Assembly (NCBI GenBank): GCA_027923505.1
Contig: BROI01000019.1
Span: 372,001 to 436,000, forward strand
Source: Mayamaea pseudoterrestris
Taxonomy: Eukaryota
Length of the DNA: 64,000 bases
Direction: 5' to 3'
The notes beneath the pieces are model-generated. The model saw only the letters and a list, made by a program, of their open reading frames with translations, was not told the origin of the DNA and searched no databases. Below, in pieces: positions 57,101-64,000 of this stretch (position 1 is its first letter; every line of letters starts with the position of its first letter). A program made the translations under genes and the position numbers.

Positions 57101-59350
57101 GGCATCTGCGGGCTGAGACTGGTGACAAGTTGCCACCAAATACATTGCCATGCCCTGAGACACCAGCCAAGCTTACCCCATCTTGTAGTGCAGCCTGAAA
57201 AATGATGTTGGCACCATTCTGGTGTAATTTGGGCGCCTACAGGGCCTGCTGTAGGGGCGTTTGAATGTCATGGCATCTGCGGGCTGAGACTGGTGACAAG
57301 TTGTCACCAAATACATTGCCATCCCCTGAGACTCCAGCCAAGCTTACCATCTTGTAGCGCAGCCTGAAAAATGATGTTGGCACCATTCTGGTGTAATTTG
57401 GGCACCTACAGGGCCTGCTGTAGGGGCATTTGAATGTCATGGCATCTGCGGGCTGAGACTGGTGACAAGTTGTCACCAAATACATTGCCATCCCCTGAGA
57501 CACCAGCCAAGCCTACCATCTTGTTGCGCCACCTGCAAAATGGTGTTGCCACCATTCTGGTGTAATTTGGGCACCTACAGGGCCTGCTGTAGGGGCGTTT
57601 GGGTGTCATGGCATCTGCGGGCTGAGACTGGTGACAAGTTGTCACCAAATACATTGCCATCCCCTGAGACACCAGCCAAGCTTACCATCTTGTAGCGCAG
57701 CCTGCAAAATGATGTTGGCACCATTCTGGTGTAATTTGGGCACCTACAGGGCCTGCTGGGCCTGCTGTAGGGGCGTTTGAATGTCATGGCATCTGCGGGC
57801 TGAGACTGGTGACAAGTTGTCACCAAATACATTGCCATCCCCTGAGACACCAGCCAAGCATACCATCTTGTAGCGCAGCCTAAAAAATGATGTTGGCACC
57901 ATTCTGGTGTAATTTGGGCACCTACAGGGCCTGCTGTAGGGGCATTTGAATGTCATGGCATCTGCGGGCTGAGACTGGTGACAAGTTGTCACCAAATACA
58001 TTGCCATCCCCTGAGACACCAGCCAAGCATACCATCTTGTAGCGCCGCCTGAAAAAAGGGGTTGCCACCATTCTGGTGTAATTTGGGCACCTACAGGGCC
58101 TGCTGTAGGGGCGTTTGAATGTCATGGCATCTGCGGGCTGAGACTGGTGACAAGTTGCCACCAAATACATTGCCATGCCCTGAGACACCAGCCAAGCTTA
58201 CCCCATCTTGTAGTGCAGCCTAAAAAATGATGTTGGCACCATTCTGGTGTAATATGGGCACCTACAGGGCCTGCTGTAGGGGCGTTTGAATGTCATGGCA
58301 TCTGCGGGCTGAGACTGGTGACAAGTTGTCATCAAATACATTGCCATCCCCTGAGACACCAGCCAAGCCTACCATCTTGTAGCGCCGCCTGAAAAATGAT
58401 GTTGCCACCATTCTGGTGTAATTTGGGCACCTACAGGGCCTGCTGTAGGGGCGTTTGAAATGTCATGGCATCTGCAGGCTGAGACTGGTGACAAGTTGTC
58501 ACCAAATACATTGCCATCCCCTGAGACACTAGCCAAACTTACCATCTTGTAGCGCAGCCAGAAAAATGATGTTGGCACCATTCTGGTGTAATTTGGGCAC
58601 CTACAGGGCTTGCTGTAGGGGTGTTTGAATGTCATGGCATCTGCGGGCTGAGACTGGTGACAAGTTGTCACCAAATACATTGCCATCCCCTGAGACACCA
58701 GCCAAGCTTACCATCTTGTAGCGCCGCCTGAAAAATGATGTTGGCACCATTCTAGTGTAATTTGGGCACCTACAGGGCCTGCTGTAGGGGCGTTTGAATG
58801 TCATGGCATCTGCAGGCTGAGACTGGTGACAAGTTGTCACCAAATACATTGCCATCCCCTGAGACTCCAGCCAAGCCTACCATCTTGTAGCGCAGCCTGA
58901 AAAATGATGTTGGCACCATTCTGGTGTAATTTGGGCACCTACAGGGCCTGCTGTAGGGGCATTTAAATGTCATGGCATCTGCGGGCTGAGACTGGTGACA
59001 AGTTGTCATCAAATACATTGCCATCCCCTGAGACTCCAGCCAAGCTTACCATCTTGTAGCGCAGACTAAATAAGGAAGTTGGCACCATTCTGGTGTAATT
59101 TGGGCACCTACAGGGCCTGCTGTAGGGGCGTTTGAATGTCATGGCATCTGCGGGCTGAGACTGGTGACAAGTTGTCACCAAATACATTGCCATCCCCTGA
59201 GACACCACAAGCCAGCTTACCGTCTTGTAGCGCAGCTCTGCAAAATGATGTTGCCACCATTCTGGTGCAATTTGGGCACCTACAGGGCCTGCTGTAGGGG
59301 CGTTTTGAATGTCATGGCATCTGCGGAGCTGAGGCTGGTGACAAGTTGTC
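54190..59350 (+). repeat. Tandem satellite array, 169-bp unit, about 30 copies
   Basis: Consensus read by eye: GGCTGAGACTGGTGACAAGTTGTCACCAAATACATTGCCATCCCCTGAGACACCAGCCAAGCTTACCATCTTGTAGCGCAGCCTGAAAAATGATGTTGGCACCATTCTGGTGTAATTTGGGCACCTACAGGGCCTGCTGTAGGGGCGTTTGAATGTCATGGCATCTGCG, recurring every 168-171 nt. Confidence 0.98.
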
Positions 59351-60017
59351 GAATGGTGCTAACATGCTCATTTATGGTGCGCTATAAGATATGATGACTG
59401 GCTGATGGCTCTCAGTAGACAGTAATGCAACTGGAGAGAACTTGTCACTGACACAATGCAGTTCCAGTTCATATGGCTACAACGTTTCCTCACCCTCTGT
59501 AGTCAGTTTCCAAGTGAGCCGGATGATCAGTCCTTTACCTTGGTTTATTCTACAGGGGTCTTATCCTACAAAACGCTAGTTGATAAAGCAGTTCTCTGGA
59601 AAATGAGATGAATTACGATTGGTTGAGAAGGAGTGATTGATGTATCAGTTGACTGCAATGTGACTGTTGAGAACTTCTCACCAGTCTCAGCCCACAGATG
59701 CCTTGTCATTCAGTTGCCCAAAGAACATGCCATGCCTAAGCTCCTATCACACCAGCATGGTGCCAACATCATTTTTCAGTCTGCGCTACAAGATGGTATG
59801 CCTGGTTTGGTGTCTCGGTAGACCACAATGTGACTGCTGAGAACTTCTCACCAGTCTCAGCCTGCAGATGCCTTGACATTTGATTGCCCATATAACATGC
59901 CATGTATACATCCAAATCATACCAGAATGGTGCCAACATCATTATTCAGTCTGTGCTCCGAAATGGTACACCTGGTTGGTGTCTCAGTTGACTGCAATGT
60001 AACTGTTGAGAACTTCT
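59351..60017 (-). repeat. Inverted, diverged copies of the 169-bp satellite (59351-59450 and about 59640-60017)
   Basis: GAATGGTGCTAACAT..GCGCTATAAGAT and GAGAACTTCTCACCAGTCTCAGCC are reverse complements of array segments. Confidence 0.9.
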
Positions 60018-60412
60018 TAACACCGTTGACGATTTCGCAGTCAACGTCTTACCTCCAAAAAGCTCCGATACAGGGTCCTTGGCCACGGTCTGTACAGCTC
60101 TTGATGGAGATGGCTCGTCGAATAGTCTTGCGCTCGCCACTACACGAATACGACTGCACTCTCGTCGCAAACTAGTAGTTCTATATTGTGAGCTTATCGC
60201 TACATCGCTACATCAACCACTCGGAAGATCATCCGATCAATCCGTTTCTTTCAATCACATTACATCAGTTGTAACTGGTCATTCCATTCATACAACGCAT
60301 CCACACGACGGTTGCGCACTTTCTTCATTCACATGTCACATACGACAGCTGCGGACTCGACACAAGCTAATTAGGGTTCGGGCTCTTGACTTCGCCGCTC
60401 TGCGACTTGTCA
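60018..60412 (-). repeat. Putative 3' LTR (about 390 bp) of the Copia element
   Basis: PPT GAGGGGAG (60420-60413) is followed directly by TGACAAG. The satellite resumes at about 60017. The exact LTR end (60018 or 60027) cannot be fixed without the 5' LTR. Confidence 0.7.
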
Positions 60413-63400
60413 CTCCCCTCGGGTACGCTGCTCGTCGTAGCCGCATTCTTGTCTTTCACAATCGCATACGATGTATCGCCGCGCCAAAACAATACTGGCT
60501 TGAGCAATGGCATCGCATCACAGTACGGCAGGTACTTCGTCAGTACGTCCGCAATGTTCTCCTTTCCGTCAATCTTTACAAACTTGATAATCCCCGCAGC
60601 AACTGCCCAACGAACACGATGGTAGGCCAACGCATTGTGTCGCTTGGACAACGTCGAACTCGGGATTGTAGATTGCGTAATCACTGCTTGGTTGTCTCCG
60701 TACATCCAGGCAGACTTCTCCAATGGTACGCCCATAGCCATGAGCGACGCACGTAGAGAAATGCTGATATCCGTTCCACTCTTTGCTACGCCGAATTCCA
60801 ATCCGAAGGTCGCAGTCTCGACTGTAGCCTGGAGTTTGCAATGCCAGTCGACAGGCGTCTGGTTGACAAATGACAAAACTCCTTCCAATGACTTGCCTGT
60901 CACCATGCAATGCATGAGACACGCATCCTCGAAAGTTGATGTTCGTACGGTCACACCCTTTGGCGGTGGGTAGACATCCAACATCTCATCAACTCCATCC
61001 TTCCCGTAAACGCTGCGCTCCCAATCTTGTTCCTCCATGGTGCCGAAGTGCTCCTCGTTGGCTGGCCACTTCGTACGGAAACGGATTGCTGCGTCCGGTA
61101 ACTCTCGCAAATATCCACAGACTCGCTTCACCCGCTGCAGGTGTCCCTTGCGCGGCTCCACACGGAATCGCGACAGACTCACAACTGCAACGGCAATGTC
61201 AAATCGTCCCAAAGTAATCGCCCACTGAAGTGCTCCGACTAGAGACTGGTAAATCTTCTTCTCTTGGTCGTTCAGCAGCTCGCTTTGGTCAAGTTCTGGA
61301 TGATCGTCTTTGTCGATTGGTGATGAGTACTTCTTCGGTGGCCCTCAAACAAACGCTCATACTGCGCCAAGAGTTTTGCAGAACGTAGGTCTTGGCCGAC
61401 CAGCAGAGGGTTCCGTCAGGGTCTCGTCCAAAGTCACCGCCCGAGATGATACTCGGGATGTCCAACACCTTTGAGCTTAAACTTGTACTTCTCCTCTAGC
61501 ATCTTGGAAGAACGCTGCTGGATCGTCTGAAATATTCAACAGATCGTCGACCCATACACAGAGGTAGTCGTAGCTGTCGCCGGGCGTCCTTGATCCACAG
61601 GTCGGAATCTGCAATAGGACGGCTTCCACCCTTCCGCAAGAAGGGCGCCGCAGCCGCTCGCGGAAACGTTCGCTTGTTCCGCAATCCGATAAAGCCTTGA
61701 CGATGACCAGGATGTGTCCTTGCGCGCCCGAACTGGGCCTCCAACGAAGTATACCTTCTCCTTGGTGAACGCTTCGAGATAAGCATTCCCAATGTCACCG
61801 ACCATGCACTTCTCTTGCCGTTCGCTTCTCCAATGACGAGAGCTAGACGCATTGCCTTCAATGAGATAACACTGGAGTAGGCATCGTCGTTGTCTTTCGT
61901 CATGTGGCCGCCTGCAACGAGACGTGCCTTGTATCGCAAATCGTGCTTGACATCGTACACAAAGTGGACTCGGATCTTCTCGTAACCAGTTGGTGGTGTT
62001 GTGGTGGAACTCGGACCGAGATCTTGAAACGTCTCGTACTCGTCCAGGTTCGCAAGCTCCACGCCTTCCGCGTCCGTCCACTTCGTGTGTCCTGCAGCTT
62101 CTTGGAGACGACGCGCTTCCTTCCAGTCTTGGGGTACTTGGACTCCAAACTTGTAGCGCGGTCCGTTCTTTTGCTGCTCCATTCGGTCGCCACCTTGCGC
62201 GCAACCTTCTTGGCGTTCCGGGCCCATCGGTTCAACGATGACCATCCGTCCTTGTCGAGAAGATTATGCTTTTGCGCGTAGGCTGCCACTGATACTTTGT
62301 CGCTTTCGATCATCGCGTTGAGAGGCTCCCAAGTCTTGGATCCATCATCCCATTGTACAAGGACGTTCCACTTGGAGTGCTTCCAGTTTTTCGACTTGCT
62401 CGTCAGCGGACCCTGATGGTCTAGAATCTCCTTGAAGAACCATTTACGCTCAGGATTCGCCATGTCTTGGTTCACTTCGGCCTCGTAGAGATCGGAAACC
62501 TCGACATACGACATGACTTCGTCCGCTTCGCCGTTACCAAGCTTCAGCATCATTTTAATGTTCTGATGGTTCTGGGCGTCGCGGTTGTTCAGCTTGCTCA
62601 TGACGGTCGCTCGAACTTCTTGCCCGTCGTCCGTCTTCATGAGAAACGACTTGCCGATAAGTTCGTCGGGTGCATACTTTGGGAGTTTGCGCCACGGATT
62701 GATGTTCTTCTTCTTCGGCTTGTCGTCATCGTCATCGGCAGGATTCGGATCTTCCTCCCCGTCGGTCATATCGTCGTCTTCCGGGTACTCCACCGTCTCG
62801 ACCAAAGGGGTATCGTCTTCGTCAGGAATGAAAGAATCATCGTCTCTGCTGTCGGCATCGGTAATCTTCTTGATCATTTCCGGCATAAGGATCTCGCCAC
62901 CTAGACCAGGTACGGTATAGAGACGCGGCTCCCCTTCTTTCATGACTGGGGAAGCAGGTGCCGGTACGCGAAGGTTCAAAAAATTTTGGGTTGTTTTGGG
63001 GTAAGCACACCGATTCGCGTCACTGATCTCGTGGGTCTTCGCAAATCGCAGATAAGTACGTCAGGTCGTCTCCGCACGTCGTGTTGGGACCAAGCCAGTA
63101 CGCCAAGGCGCTGGCGGGTACCGGGGCTTCGACATCCTTGACAAGTAGTTGAACAATTTCAAACCAACGAAAATGCAAATACGCCGAACCGGTGACTTGC
63201 CTAGTGATAAACTCGATGGGAGACTTGTCGTCTACAAGGTGATGCGACAAAGAGGTACATCTCGGGTCTGAAAGAGTAAAGCTGTGAAGCCAGAAGATGC
63301 GAAGTGCCCGTTCGGTCCATAAGTCGTCTTCATGACTTTCCTTTATGTGCCCGATGATGCGCCCGGCTGATTTGATTCATAGTACGTTGGCTGTGACGAC

Positions 63401-63990
63401 GGGCTAATCATGAACTCGCGACACATACTACGGGAAAGCACAAACGTTTCGCGACATCCGAGAAGACTTCCAACGGAGCTCCAAACTCGCGGATGAAATC
63501 AGAATCGTTTCGCACGCCACCTTTCGTCCGCATGGGATACACGAAATGATCTGAGCGTATACCATAGGAATAGCTGCACGATGTGCACCTGTACGTCCGC
63601 CCGATATTGACTCGGCCCATGGCTGGCTCGTCAAGAACAGTTGGGCCAGATCATCTAGACGTGTAGACGTTCAGGAATCGGTCTTGATGATTCGTGGGGG
63701 TATCGGGCGCTTCGGCATGTTGAACTGTGTGCTGTGGCGCAAAAGTATCCTTGATCGCTGCGCCGGGTACCATGCAAAGTTTGGCAGCAATGCGTCGATA
63801 TCAGGTTTCTTTGGCAGGATAGACTTGTAGGGCTGATAGACGAGATCCGCATTGGTACTTCTGTACGACGGCACAAACATTCAGCTCCTTCTGGTATAAA
63901 CAGGTTGATTGTCGGTCCGAGATTCGTGATACGCCACGCTGCTCTGACGATTTGGTGTATTTAGCGCACAGTATATAAACGTTCACACCC
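60367..63990 (-). pseudogene. Frameshifted Copia pol (INT-RT-RNase H)
   Basis: Pol motifs are split over several frames (60367-61212, 61496-62245, 61536-62204, 61900-62979, short fragments above 63000). Confidence 0.85.
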
Positions 63991-64000
63991 GTGTGTGGTA

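Larger units (their letters stand above)
60018..64000 (-). mobile_element. Ty1/Copia LTR retrotransposon (CoDi-like), 3' part, running off the window end
   Basis: Minus-strand order is integrase remnants, chromo-like module, RT (VHFVYDVKHDLRYKARLVAGGH, DIGNAYL, WVDD), RNase H (QATVETATFGLEF, GDNQAV, KRHNALAYHRVR, NIADVLTK), PPT and LTR. Confidence 0.95.

Noticed and set aside
54190..59350. CRISPR array
   Set aside because: The whole 169-bp unit repeats with no unique spacers, there are no cas genes, and the context is eukaryotic.
54690..59350. Tandem hammerhead ribozymes (CTGAGA followed by a stem)
   Set aside because: The core needs CUGANGA...GAAA around stem II. Here CTGAGA lacks N7 and the stem is followed by AATAC, not GAAA; the minus strand has no core either. 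A covariance-model (Rfam/Infernal) search would be needed to exclude other ribozyme classes.
54190..59350. 5S rRNA, tRNA or snRNA gene array
   Set aside because: No recognisable 5S sequence, Pol III B-box (GTTCRA) or Sm site in the unit.
54312..59394. Repeated 70-109-aa ORFs (MSQGMAMYLV...) in the satellite
   Set aside because: The unit length of 169 is not a multiple of 3, so frames shift every unit. The ORFs are by-products of the repeat.

Overview
Eukaryotic nuclear DNA with compact gene spacing and short GT-AG introns (56-166 nt). Several features point to a diatom or a close ochrophyte: signal-peptide-plus-aromatic-residue presequences, a DUF6824-type protein and a CoDi-like Copia element. 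Bases 1-54150 hold about 31 tightly packed genes: HMG-box, Myb and TALE-homeobox transcription factors, VPS4, RRP42, AspRS, an RCC1-repeat protein, FMN reductase, FKBP-TPR, YJU2B, UPF2, BRF1, Mpv17, App1-like phosphatase, ADAT1-like deaminase, RPA32-like, GH5 glucanase, CCT4, NodU-type carbamoyltransferase and S10 carboxypeptidase. A decayed DUF4110/Kelch remnant is also probable. From about 54190 the gene-rich region ends abruptly. A 5.2-kb array of about 30 copies of a 169-bp unit follows; each unit carries 3-4 dyad/hairpin elements, one with a compensatory double substitution. The array has diverged edge units and an internal block duplication, and it flips orientation at about 59350. A frameshifted Ty1/Copia element with a chromodomain-like module interrupts the inverted copies. 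This satellite plus Copia block is the most unusual part of the window, a candidate centromeric/heterochromatic or foldback-type structure. All family assignments come from motif recognition by eye; no database searches were run.
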